Positions 30,201-38,988 of a DNA stretch of 64,000 bases are shown piece after piece. The notes beneath the pieces are model-generated. The model saw nothing but the letters and a program-made list of their open reading frames with translations, had not been told where the DNA came from and ran no database searches. This stretch comes from a virus. Positions within the stretch are counted from its first letter, which is position 1. Each line of letters begins with the position of its first letter. Position numbers and translations under genes: made by a program. The stretch lies in IMG/VR virus record IMGVR_UViG_3300033149_003526, positions 2,852 to 66,851 of that record; one strand, written 5' to 3'.

Positions 30201-31099
30201 AAATGTAAACTAACTAACTCTTTGTTTGATATGTTATGTAAAATAGATGGATCATTTAAAATTTCATCAAATCCTGGTTTTAATATTAACTCATCTTTTC
30301 TATAAATGATATAATATTTATTTAAATCTATATCAAATTTCTCTCCTTCTCTTGCTGTTCTAACTACTTTTGTTTTACAATCTTTATGTTCTTTTTTATA
30401 TTCTTTTAATTTTTCTTCTAATATATTATCTGCTTCGCATAATGGTGGATATTGATTACCCATACCTGTAAATAATAGATATTTATTATTTAATGAGACC
30501 AAATAATCAAAATGTTTTAAAACTGCTATATGATTGTTTAAAGGTATTTGATGATTCCAATATGCTCCATCTATAATTGCTAAAATATTATTAGAAAAAT
30601 ATTTTATATTATATTCATCAAATATAGGACCCATATCAGGTGCATACAAAAATACATCTTCAAAATTAAAAGCTATAGTAGGAAATCTTTTATCATGGAA
30701 TACTTTTAATACTCTTATACTTAATCCACCTATATTGTAAGTTTTATTTGATTTAATTTCTTGAAAATTAAATCCTATCCAATTTTTTATATTCCATCTT
30801 TCTTTTATCCTATTAAATACTTGTTTTAATAGATATACAGTAACTATCTTATTATTTTTTTCTAAAAATTGATTAAGTTTATACATACCACCAATAGCAT
30901 CATCGTGTCCATGAGTTATTAGTATAAAATCAAGAGATAATAATTCCTCTTCTAATGTTTTTTCTAAAATATCATCCCCTACATCTACCATTAAAGTAGT
31001 ATTAGCATGTTTAATTAAAATAGAAGGATGGTATTTACCTAGATATTTCTTAGTAGGTTTACTAGTTTCTGCTTTTGTTCCTAATACTTTTATAATCAT
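27227..31099 (-). CDS. Multidomain protein: MBL-fold hydrolase + minimal nucleotidyltransferase + Zn ribbon + ATP-dependent DNA ligase + LigD-type phosphoesterase
   Basis: THGHDD; VGS-x7-DVDI; CDNC/CPKC; ligase motifs KIDG, FDSEL, FDIL, DGFMLK, WCKLK; PE-like VQCH...HQDLRL...KGKLFDGWY..WLFYK. Confidence 0.82.
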   Translation of the reverse strand: MIIKVLGTKAETSKPTKKYLGKYHPSILIKHANTTLMVDVGDDILEKTLEEELLSLDFILITHGHDDAIGGMYKLNQFLEKNNKIVTVYLLKQVFNRIKERWNIKNWIGFNFQEIKSNKTYNIGGLSIRVLKVFHDKRFPTIAFNFEDVFLYAPDMGPIFDEYNIKYFSNNILAIIDGAYWNHQIPLNNHIAVLKHFDYLVSLNNKYLLFTGMGNQYPPLCEADNILEEKLKEYKKEHKDCKTKVVRTAREGEKFDIDLNKYYIIYRKDELILKPGFDEILNDPSILHNISNKELVSLHLRCHQLWGLLSRKDLRNKSIETKAITKDKILKVHVLVVKEMLKRGLNHNLVNDLDKLTYRILGKEIKVYEIWNELEDEITIKSDIVKFVGSVLYKPDPNDVDIVAPRELEKILRKYLEKYNPHFIGNVASHGEILSVYDLILKKKKVPIIKTIAVPDYNRKYSICKINKNLNMNSKKFIVEPYINGDFYLVVDKENRVIYEKIITKNNKEIITDLLAYKKDSFLSEILINRIFFMGKKWLDKLDKPKLVPLRWVVKKDKLFGFLKQLKNRYDIVIIRPASSKYYDGKFILCLNDVLFACDNCGYKIISNSFINRCPKCNTKLTIDKIEKKDKKLKPLQVFPPLKATGSAYHDIEYFNVDDAWQYFGKYGVETEGKIRADLKIDGWRCVLSQDKNGKTLIYFEDSKKNVAEKFPNVVKELSDLNENGIIFDSELMELSPNKKVWLSRHDLMRWSQAKDPGSDENVRIFVFDILYYNGKDLHNLPLSERIKILNEVAKKFKKHFILVSSYDIKTKEQLEKLFKYYENNVDKLKLGRLHGIDGFMLKYYSGTYELDGNTLTWCKLKYALELDTIVLEKIKNRAGNYNYIVGYGIPQDKKDKFTPVKELNGKYYGVLGKTFNTKIEANVGQILNIAAAEYKKEIVDGKIKYTLFQARVLTLKPDKKEPDSYLIVDKLSVSKTKTFYDFYILSDKENITGQWTIEEGMVGKYCVQCHTRGIRPIFIDELTLSDIKKYGLDREYFIPTNDEIKAIHNLYKDITITEWKKAISEAKSPNKSSKNLTKLINKLLKNIDYKSLPDNMRKLIALLDPVSIHQDLRLVPEGADYFEGGHWTTPGNQFKENRLLKVNEHIHLQFMLKTPHVSEIGDKTPKEPVVRGPASWLTVGDGKPLIVPPDSIGSTSNNYASFWVHEKGTWYAGRQTSPHGKHFKLFKFKGKLFDGWYIFMYAPINGKRIWLFYKPKNQEVYEEKNKRDKQFLIDVEYIYKLLYAINFKF

Positions 31100-32928
31100 G
31101 ATATAATTATATTATTAAAATTAGCTCCTATTGCATCTGGCACTGAAATATAATAAATTTTTTTATTGTTTATTTTGACTATATAATATGAATATGAATT
31201 ATTTTCCATATTTTCATTATCTATTAATTTTAATTCAAAATAACCATGCTGATTAGGATAAACTGTTATAGGTTTATTGTAAATTGTAATATTATTTTTA
31301 TATTTAACTGCTTGTTTATTTAAATATACTTGTATAGGTACATTTTGAATATCTTCTATAGTATTATCCAAATCTGTAATCCATCCAGTTACTGTGCATA
31401 TTGTTACTTCTTCTTTATTAGCTCCTGCATAATCATAATCCATAGTAATAGAGTCTAATTCTGGTGTATTTTTACCAGTAGCACTATATAATATTGCTTT
31501 AATACGAATATCAGATGGATTAGTCAATAATTTTGAAATATGTTCATTTAAATCTACTAAAAAATTTGATTGATTGTAACTACCATCTGATTGTACCCAA
31601 TTATTACCATCATAATAATAATCTATTCCATTCACATTTATAATATATTTAATTTCAGTATCAACTGGTTTAGCTGATACTTCAGCTAACAATAATATGT
31701 CGTCTGTTCTAATAGGAGAAGAAGTCATTATAAAAGCTCCATCAGTTATATACCCTTCTCCAATATAATCAATAGTTACATAATTAATCATATTTTGATC
31801 ATTACTATTAGGAAAAATTGCTTTTAATTTAATTGTAGTTAATCCTGATACATCTAATTCATCAATATGCTGAGATATAACATTAAATGAATTTGATTGA
31901 TTATACGATAAATCTGATTGTACCCATTGATTTCCATTCCAATATTTATCATTAATTACATAGTGAACTTCATCAAAATCTGCTGCATAAAAATTAGTTA
32001 AAGATACAATATTTCCAGGATAACCATCATGTACAAAATCAGGAAATTCAACTATACTTTCTTGATAATCAGCTTCTGGTACTGTATATCCTTTTTGATA
32101 ATTACTTGTATGTTGCACTTCACTAAATATTATTAAATCGTCTATATAAAAATTTGCAGACCATGAAGTGTCATCATTATGTAATGCTTTTCCTATTCGT
32201 AATAAATGTATATTACTGTTTCTAACTCCAGTTGCACTAACTACTCCATTTTGCAATATACCATCAATAAATAAATATATATGACCAGCATCTAAATCAA
32301 AATCTAACTCAAATTCATATTCAATCCCAGCAGTAGGATTCCAATTACCCAAATTAGGTTGTGTAATTACATTTCCATTTTGATCTCTAAAAAGCAGATA
32401 TAATGCTCCATTAGTAGAGTGATATATTGAAATCATGTTATTACTATTACCATTAGCATTAGTAATTAAAATAAAAGCTTGAAATTTAGATGGATAACCA
32501 TTGTAATTAGGTGTTAATTTAAATCTAATACATCCTTTTTGAACCATATTTGCATTATCAACTGCGCTATAATCTATATATTTATCAGAATATCCAGTTA
32601 AATCTAATTTACCATTAAATATAGTAGCATTATTACTAGCAATAAAATTTAAATTTCCATTTCCAAAACTTAAATTTTTAGAATTAGTAAAAGTAGCTCC
32701 ACATAAACAATTATTAGGTCTAAGATATTTTTGTTTTATTTTTTCATCTTCAAATTTAATTTTATCAGGATTGTATATAAAACCTGTATCACTATCACAA
32801 TCATTCCTAAATTGTAAATTTAAATGATTTACTTTTAATTTAGCTTTACCATTAATTACTTCTATTTTATCTGATTCAAATATATAATTACTAGAATTTT
32901 CAAATGGAAATGTAGTTTGTAAAGCCAT
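31096..32928 (-). CDS. Virion-associated protein with LamG/concanavalin-like domain
   Basis: G.IRF, LFIDG, LRIG, FYIDDLIIF; internal repeat WVQSD.SYNQSN. Confidence 0.65.
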   Translation of the reverse strand: MALQTTFPFENSSNYIFESDKIEVINGKAKLKVNHLNLQFRNDCDSDTGFIYNPDKIKFEDEKIKQKYLRPNNCLCGATFTNSKNLSFGNGNLNFIASNNATIFNGKLDLTGYSDKYIDYSAVDNANMVQKGCIRFKLTPNYNGYPSKFQAFILITNANGNSNNMISIYHSTNGALYLLFRDQNGNVITQPNLGNWNPTAGIEYEFELDFDLDAGHIYLFIDGILQNGVVSATGVRNSNIHLLRIGKALHNDDTSWSANFYIDDLIIFSEVQHTSNYQKGYTVPEADYQESIVEFPDFVHDGYPGNIVSLTNFYAADFDEVHYVINDKYWNGNQWVQSDLSYNQSNSFNVISQHIDELDVSGLTTIKLKAIFPNSNDQNMINYVTIDYIGEGYITDGAFIMTSSPIRTDDILLLAEVSAKPVDTEIKYIINVNGIDYYYDGNNWVQSDGSYNQSNFLVDLNEHISKLLTNPSDIRIKAILYSATGKNTPELDSITMDYDYAGANKEEVTICTVTGWITDLDNTIEDIQNVPIQVYLNKQAVKYKNNITIYNKPITVYPNQHGYFELKLIDNENMENNSYSYYIVKINNKKIYYISVPDAIGANFNNIIIS

Positions 32929-32943
32929 ATCTAACTCCCTTTT

Positions 32944-33264
32944 TTATAGACTATTTAAATACTCACTAGCTTCTTCTTCTGATACAATACCATCATTAAC
33001 TAATTCTTCTAATGCCATTCTAGTTAAAATTTCTAATTTTTTTTGTTCTATTAATCTTTGTATTTCAAATTTCCTTTGTCTACTATTAATTTCTTCTTTT
33101 TCTATTCGTTTTTCTTGATAATGAGTATTACAAATTGATACTAATTGATAGGCAGTACTACTATCTATTCTATTATAAACACAACCACATTCTTTAGTAA
33201 TTACTACTGGTAAATCGTCTATACTTTCAAATACATATTTACCATCACCAAATACATCTATCAT
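32944..33264 (-). CDS. Hypothetical protein
   Basis: ORF with RBS in the structural operon. Confidence 0.6.
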   Translation of the reverse strand: MIDVFGDGKYVFESIDDLPVVITKECGCVYNRIDSSTAYQLVSICNTHYQEKRIEKEEINSRQRKFEIQRLIEQKKLEILTRMALEELVNDGIVSEEEASEYLNSL

Positions 33265-33265
33265 A

Positions 33266-34753
33266 TTAATCCTCCTTTATAAATGTTTTCGCTATTAATA
33301 AATTAGTATCACTAGTAGCTATTCCTAATAAATAGCTGCTAGCATCGGTAGTCAAATTTCCATCTTTATTTACGAAATAATATTTTCCAGTTTGTAAATT
33401 ATTAAAAACATCAGCATTACCAGACAGCTTTATTTGTAATGAATCATTTTGGTTTGCATCTTGTAATGCTATACCAATCGCATCTACGTTTACTATTCTC
33501 TTACCTGTATGTAATATTATTTTAGCTGACAAATCATCTACACTACATGCTATAAATTTATCTGATTTTAAAAAATTAAAATCAGACCTAGTATAATTAC
33601 TTTCTTTTGGAAACTCTATAAAATCACTATCATAAAATGTATTATTTACACTATCATATCTTATAAATAAAATACCAGTTGAAGCGTTATTTTCTCTTAC
33701 TCTTAACAAAATAGTATCATCAAACAGTAATTCTACAGCTAATAGCTGTTTTAATGATAAATTTTTATTACTAACTAATATATTATCGCTTATTTGAATT
33801 TGATTAGAGTCATCTACTGTTGCTATTTTACAATAAAGTTTATCGTCATATCTAAAAAATAATAATATCTTATTTTTATCATAATACAATGGTTTAAAAG
33901 TTACTTGTAAATCCCCTAACTCATAAGTATTAATAATAGTAATAGTATCATCTTCATCGTTATCAGAAACCACTGAAGCTATATAAAATTTCATTACTAA
34001 ATTATTTTTATCATATAGCCATAATAAATATCTATCGTTTAGTTTTTTATTTAGAGTAATAAATCTACTATTATCATAAAGGGTTACAGAATCATCAATT
34101 ACTACTTTAGGTTTTACATTTCCATTAATATCAACTTTTACTAAAGTGGGTTTTTGATTGTTAGAAGCGTCACAAAAATATATATATGCTTGACCAGGTT
34201 TAAAATAATTAGCATGCATTTTCCAAGTATTTCCAGGATTATATGTGTATGTATTAATGTTTAAATTATCTGTACTATAATCTACTACTACATATTTTCC
34301 ATATAAAGATTCTGAATATGCTCTAAAATGAATAATAAATTTATTAGTATCTAATAATGTTGGATGATAATTTTCTGCAGGACTATTATGAAATGAATAA
34401 AAATTACTAGAAATAAAAATATTATTATTTCGAATATAAACATTTCTAATAATCCCTCTCTTATCACCAATGCTGTCTATTTTTTTTCTATATATAAGTA
34501 ATGCTCTATCGCTATTAACTGGCACTATATAAATTGGCATCGTTTTATATACAAAAAAATCAGCTACTTTACAATCAAAAAATTCAATTTTATTTATATT
34601 TGGATGTATTCCTTTATATACTACTCCATCTATAATAGTTACTACATCTCCTTTTTGAATATTTTCATTTGCTACTCCTTCTACTGTAATATCTGCAATA
34701 GTATTTCCACTAATTGCATCTAATTTATGGGTAAAAGGATTAAATATAAACAC
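33266..34753 (-). CDS. Probable capsid decoration / fibre protein
   Basis: A.ENI.KGDVV at the N-terminus and IGIA...L.TGKYYF...G.LT...LGIA at the C-terminus flank propeller-like repeats. Confidence 0.5.
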   Translation of the reverse strand: MFIFNPFTHKLDAISGNTIADITVEGVANENIQKGDVVTIIDGVVYKGIHPNINKIEFFDCKVADFFVYKTMPIYIVPVNSDRALLIYRKKIDSIGDKRGIIRNVYIRNNNIFISSNFYSFHNSPAENYHPTLLDTNKFIIHFRAYSESLYGKYVVVDYSTDNLNINTYTYNPGNTWKMHANYFKPGQAYIYFCDASNNQKPTLVKVDINGNVKPKVVIDDSVTLYDNSRFITLNKKLNDRYLLWLYDKNNLVMKFYIASVVSDNDEDDTITIINTYELGDLQVTFKPLYYDKNKILLFFRYDDKLYCKIATVDDSNQIQISDNILVSNKNLSLKQLLAVELLFDDTILLRVRENNASTGILFIRYDSVNNTFYDSDFIEFPKESNYTRSDFNFLKSDKFIACSVDDLSAKIILHTGKRIVNVDAIGIALQDANQNDSLQIKLSGNADVFNNLQTGKYYFVNKDGNLTTDASSYLLGIATSDTNLLIAKTFIKED

Positions 34754-34764
34754 TATTACCTCCT

Positions 34765-36447
34765 TTATTCTATTATTTTATAAAAATCAATATAAACATC
34801 TATATTACTTAAATTATAAGATATAAAAGTAAACGATGTTATATTGTCACTAGTATTTAACCATACTCCTGATAACATCCTACGAGAACAATTATTTAAA
34901 CTTGATCCGCCAGTAACTCTTATTATAGCTTCGCATATAACTGGTCTAATATTTCCACTTTTAGCAAATACATATGCTTTAGAAATTATTTGAACACTAC
35001 TATTCCATCCATTATCACCAATAGGTAATGCATTATTAAATCCTGCCCACCAACCAGCAAAACTATTTACAGATCCACCAGCAGCTCTACTAGACCCGTG
35101 TACCCAACCTGTATTATAATTTGCACTATCACTATCTCCATTAGGTCTTAATCCTATTCCACCATTAGTTCCACTAACATCTAATGTACCTCTTAATAAA
35201 ATTAAATATATGTTATCTTCATCTCCATTAAAACCACTAATAACTAAATCATTAATACTTGTAATGTGTAATGATGTAATTTTGATTAATTTACTAGATA
35301 CATTTGGACTACCAGGAATAAACATATTATTAGCACTATCCCATATAAGTGTATTTCCATCTTGTATTCCACTTAAATCAGTTTTTGGTAAATGATAATA
35401 ATTATTATTTAAACCACCTTGTAAATTAGTTAATTCATTATGATCTGTCACTGCTGCTACTTCTATTATACTTTCAAATGCTGATAAAATTTGTTCAAAA
35501 TGTGCAGCTCCTTCTTTTACTATTACTTTTCCTAATAAAATACATATATTTTTAATTAAATCAGGTAAATCTGAAGGTACATTTTCGTCTACTGCATTAG
35601 ATAATCTTGAATATTGATTTTGTCCCATTACTATATGTAATCCTCCATTAGGATCCATAAAAATATAACGACATGCTTTATAGTTATTACTTAAATTTGC
35701 CAAAGTACCACTACCATCATCATAATACTGATTATCTATTTGAGTTTGCCCTGTTACTTTAGTCCATCCGCCAACTCCATTTCTGTAATATAAAGTAAAT
35801 GTATCTCCTGCATTAGTATCTTTACTTGTAATATTCTTTTTTGTTAATCCTGTATATATTGATCCAGATGTAACATATATTCCTCTAGTACCACTTTCAG
35901 ATATTTTTAATCCATCTGAATATTGTATTTTACCGTTTACATCTATATCTTTCCATAGTGTTTTTTCTTTATAACTTGCTATTTCTTGTCCTGCTGTAAT
36001 TAGATATAAAGTAGTACCATCTCTATAAATAATACCCAAAGGAATAGTAGTATTATGATCAGTCGGAGTATTAGTAGTAGCTTCTACTATTGGATTTCCA
36101 TTATTGTATTTTACTACTATATAATTTAAAGCATTATCAGTCAAATTAACTACTGTTTGATTCCATTCAAAAGATACTACTGGAGCAGTATCACTGTTAC
36201 TAGTTTTAATTAATCCTTTACCTGCTGCTACAGTAACTGATCCATCCCCATTATCAGTAAAATCTCCTCCACTGATTTTTCCCGCTGATTCTAATACATT
36301 TATTAACTCTTGTAATTTATCTATTTCAGGAGAACCTAATTTATCTATATTTACATTAGAAGCATTTATATCAGTAGGAGGTTGTACTGTACTACTATTT
36401 ACTAAATCTGGTTTTTTAGTAAATGGGTTAAATTTAAAAATAAACAC
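34765..36447 (-). CDS. Probable head/tail fibre protein
   Basis: G/S/T-rich beta protein; DHNELTNLQGG..YYHL and DG.TL.WD fibre motifs. Confidence 0.55.
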   Translation of the reverse strand: MFIFKFNPFTKKPDLVNSSTVQPPTDINASNVNIDKLGSPEIDKLQELINVLESAGKISGGDFTDNGDGSVTVAAGKGLIKTSNSDTAPVVSFEWNQTVVNLTDNALNYIVVKYNNGNPIVEATTNTPTDHNTTIPLGIIYRDGTTLYLITAGQEIASYKEKTLWKDIDVNGKIQYSDGLKISESGTRGIYVTSGSIYTGLTKKNITSKDTNAGDTFTLYYRNGVGGWTKVTGQTQIDNQYYDDGSGTLANLSNNYKACRYIFMDPNGGLHIVMGQNQYSRLSNAVDENVPSDLPDLIKNICILLGKVIVKEGAAHFEQILSAFESIIEVAAVTDHNELTNLQGGLNNNYYHLPKTDLSGIQDGNTLIWDSANNMFIPGSPNVSSKLIKITSLHITSINDLVISGFNGDEDNIYLILLRGTLDVSGTNGGIGLRPNGDSDSANYNTGWVHGSSRAAGGSVNSFAGWWAGFNNALPIGDNGWNSSVQIISKAYVFAKSGNIRPVICEAIIRVTGGSSLNNCSRRMLSGVWLNTSDNITSFTFISYNLSNIDVYIDFYKIIE

Positions 36448-36466
36448 TATTACCTCCTTATTTAAA

Positions 36467-36721
36467 TTACGATTTTAAACTAGAAAAAGCTATACTAGGT
36501 TTAGAGTAATTTAAATTAGATCTATTACTCCAAGCAGTTTCCAAATTTTCATCTTGATTATATGCATAGTCAGTATTATTAGTATCTTTTTCTATTCGCA
36601 TAATATAATAATCTCCAAATATATTTTCAAATAAATAATAATTATAAGTACTATCTGATTCATCTACTTTATAAATCATAAAACCATTTATAGGACTTTG
36701 AAAAAATATATTACTTTTCAT
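36467..36721 (-). CDS. Hypothetical structural-region protein
   Basis: ORF with RBS; AWSNR..LNY C-terminus. Confidence 0.6.
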   Translation of the reverse strand: MKSNIFFQSPINGFMIYKVDESDSTYNYYLFENIFGDYYIMRIEKDTNNTDYAYNQDENLETAWSNRSNLNYSKPSIAFSSLKS

Positions 36722-36736
36722 TTTAAATCCCTCCTT

Positions 36737-36919
36737 TTATTTTAATAAAGCAATTTTAAGTAAATATAAACAAATTGCTATTCCCAATAAATTAATTGCC
36801 TGTACTATTCTATCTATTTTATGTGCAGAACAGTGATTTGAAATTTGTTTAGTTAATTCTTCTATTTTTACTTCTAATGCAGTTACTCTTTCTCTTAATG
36901 TTGTATATTTTTTACTCAC
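36737..36919 (-). CDS. Small coiled-coil + single-TM protein (holin-like, tentative)
   Basis: LRERVTALE coiled coil then a C-terminal hydrophobic helix; AGGAGGG RBS. Confidence 0.4.
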   Translation of the reverse strand: MSKKYTTLRERVTALEVKIEELTKQISNHCSAHKIDRIVQAINLLGIAICLYLLKIALLK

Positions 36920-37178
36920 TTTTACCCTCCTTGTTTTCTTTTTTCTTTTCTAAATATCCTGGAGGTATTGATTTTTTATTAATTAATTCATCTTTAAAAT
37001 CTTCTTTTACTATTCTTAATAGTTCTTCTAAAGTTTCTACCAATTCCATGCAGATATAAGATGCTTTTACTATTAATTTACGATGTTTTTTATATGGGCT
37101 ATATAGTCTCCAAATAATTCTTTGTAATTTATCTGCTTTATCTATTTGTATTTCTAATCTATGTGGAGTTAAATACAT
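36912..37178 (-). CDS. Hypothetical protein, first gene of the - strand operon
   Basis: GGAGGT RBS. Confidence 0.6.
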   Translation of the reverse strand: MYLTPHRLEIQIDKADKLQRIIWRLYSPYKKHRKLIVKASYICMELVETLEELLRIVKEDFKDELINKKSIPPGYLEKKKENKEGKSE

Positions 37179-37772
37179 AATACAAACCTCCGTATTTGAA
37201 AAAAATTATGAAATGATAATATTTTATTATTTATTGAAATTAATTGGTAGGAAATATTATTTTTACTACTTCTACTTCTACCCATTGAAAAATAATTTTT
37301 AATATAAGATTTTAAATAAAATTAAACAAATTTTCATATAAATATACTTCTTTTTTATTAATGTAAAGTAGGTAGGTAGCTTAGTTTTTTAATATAAATG
37401 TTTAAAGGGAATAATACGATAAAATTAAAGACATTCTAAAAAAATTATACTTCTTTTTTTTTTAAAATCTCTAATATTTATATTCAAAATCTTTCAAAAT
37501 TATATCTATTTTAAAAGTTTTTAATGTGAGTAATATCTAGATACTAATTTTTAATAAAAATGAAAAATAGGCTATGTTTTGAAGTATTTTTAAGTATATT
37601 TTTAATGGTATGTGATAATAAATTTAATAATTTTAAAAATCAATTTAGAAAAAAACAATAAGACAATGAAAATTAACAACTATCTATTTAATCATTGTAA
37701 ATGTATTTTATTAAGAATATAATAGCATAGCAATTGCATTAACAGGTTCATTTTATTTTTATTTTTTTAATC

Positions 37773-37801
37773 TTGAAAAATTTAATTATTTATGTTATAC
37801 T
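37773..37801 (+). promoter_or_regulatory. Sigma70-type early promoter
   Basis: TTGAAA-N17-TATACT with extended TG. Confidence 0.7.
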
Positions 37802-37811
37802 TTAATTGAAT

Positions 37812-37964
37812 ATGGAAAGAGAAAAGATAATTAAGATAATAACTGGTAATTGTAAGATATGTAATAAAAAATTAATAAAAACGATTTATTTAAATTTTAT
37901 GTATAAAAATTTTATAGATAATAAAAACATTTGTATTAAGTGTTATAAAAAAAGTTGTATTTAA
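37812..37964 (+). CDS. 50-aa Zn-finger microprotein (not in ORF track)
   Basis: MEREK...CKIC...CIKC; starts about 10 nt after the -10 box. Confidence 0.5.
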   Translation: MEREKIIKIITGNCKICNKKLIKTIYLNFMYKNFIDNKNICIKCYKKSCI

Positions 37965-38074
37965 TTATGTTAGCATTATTTTATTTATTAATAATTTGCT
38001 TAATAATTTTTAATTTAGAGTTTTACCCTGTAATTAATTATTTTTTACTTAATTTGATAAATTTTATTTTTATA

Positions 38075-38104
38075 TTGACTTTTATATTAATTTTATGGTA
38101 TACT
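38075..38104 (+). promoter_or_regulatory. Sigma70-type early promoter
   Basis: TTGACT-N18-TATACT with extended TG. Confidence 0.7.
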
Positions 38105-38114
38105 ATAATTAGAG

Positions 38115-38270
38115 ATGAGTAAAATAATAATAAAACACAAATATAAAGTAATTATCAAAAAAGCTAATAAAAAATATTATAATTTTATGTATATTTTTAT
38201 AGGTAAACATAAATATGTAGAATACGATACTAATAGATATTTTAGAATTTTAAGTTATCTAAATAAATAA
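38115..38270 (+). CDS. 51-aa basic microprotein (not in ORF track)
   Basis: MSKIIIKHKY...; starts about 10 nt after the -10 box. Confidence 0.4.
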   Translation: MSKIIIKHKYKVIIKKANKKYYNFMYIFIGKHKYVEYDTNRYFRILSYLNK

Positions 38271-38271
38271 T

Positions 38272-38394
38272 ATGTTTTGTGTAATTTGTAATAAAAAAAT
38301 TAATAAAAAATATTGTGTTTTTTGTAATAATTGTCTAAAAAAGTTAGGTTTATATAAATGTATTAATACTAAAAAATGTAAAAAAATTTGTTAA
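38272..38394 (+). CDS. 40-aa Cys-rich microprotein (not in ORF track)
   Basis: MFCVIC...CVFCNNC...C..; abuts the previous stop. Confidence 0.4.
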   Translation: MFCVICNKKINKKYCVFCNNCLKKLGLYKCINTKKCKKIC

Positions 38395-38591
38395 TTGTTA
38401 TGAATAATTGGAATTTAGAAAACAAATTAATGGAATTTTATAAATATGTATCTCTACTAAATGGATTTAAGAAATTAGGAATTGAATATACTATAGAATT
38501 AATTAGAAATACAGATTATTTAAGGAATATTTATAGTAAAGAATATATTAACAGAATATTAAGGAAAGAAATTAATTTAGATACTTTTTAA
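38388..38591 (+). CDS. Hypothetical protein
   Basis: ORF track; fills the gap in the early operon. Confidence 0.45.
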   Translation: MLIVMNNWNLENKLMEFYKYVSLLNGFKKLGIEYTIELIRNTDYLRNIYSKEYINRILRKEINLDTF

Positions 38592-38596
38592 GTATT

Positions 38597-38872
38597 ATGA
38601 TAAGTAATAAAATGATAAGAAATTTAGATAAATATAGCAAATTAGATTTATTTTATTATGTTAAAAATTTTATACATAAAACCTTGACAAAAGATTTTAT
38701 AATATGGTATACTTTAATTGAAATGAGAGAGAAAAGAATAAATCAAAAAAAGAATTGGAAAGAAAAAGAAAAGGAAATAGAAAGAGGATTTAATTTAATG
38801 GTCTATTTATGGATTATATTTATAATATATTGTGTAATAGAAATAATAAAAGTGATAAAAATAGGGGTATAA
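38597..38872 (+). CDS. Hypothetical membrane protein (true start may be 38723)
   Basis: C-terminal TM helix; an internal promoter precedes in-frame ATG 38723. Confidence 0.45.
   Translation: MISNKMIRNLDKYSKLDLFYYVKNFIHKTLTKDFIIWYTLIEMREKRINQKKNWKEKEKEIERGFNLMVYLWIIFIIYCVIEIIKVIKIGV
38684..38713 (+). promoter_or_regulatory. Sigma70-type early promoter
   Basis: TTGACA-N18-TATACT with extended TG. Confidence 0.75.
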
Positions 38873-38988
38873 AATGCTATTAATATTTATATGGATAATG
38901 TGGCTTAAATTGTTTATAATGATCAAAATAATAGAATTAATTATAAATCTTATAAAAATAAATATAGATGTAAAAAAAGGGGGTAGTA

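Noticed and set aside
37179-38400. CRISPR array, tRNA or structured ncRNA in the non-coding region
   Set aside because: No regularly spaced repeats, cloverleaf or GC-rich stems visible by eye; a covariance search was not run
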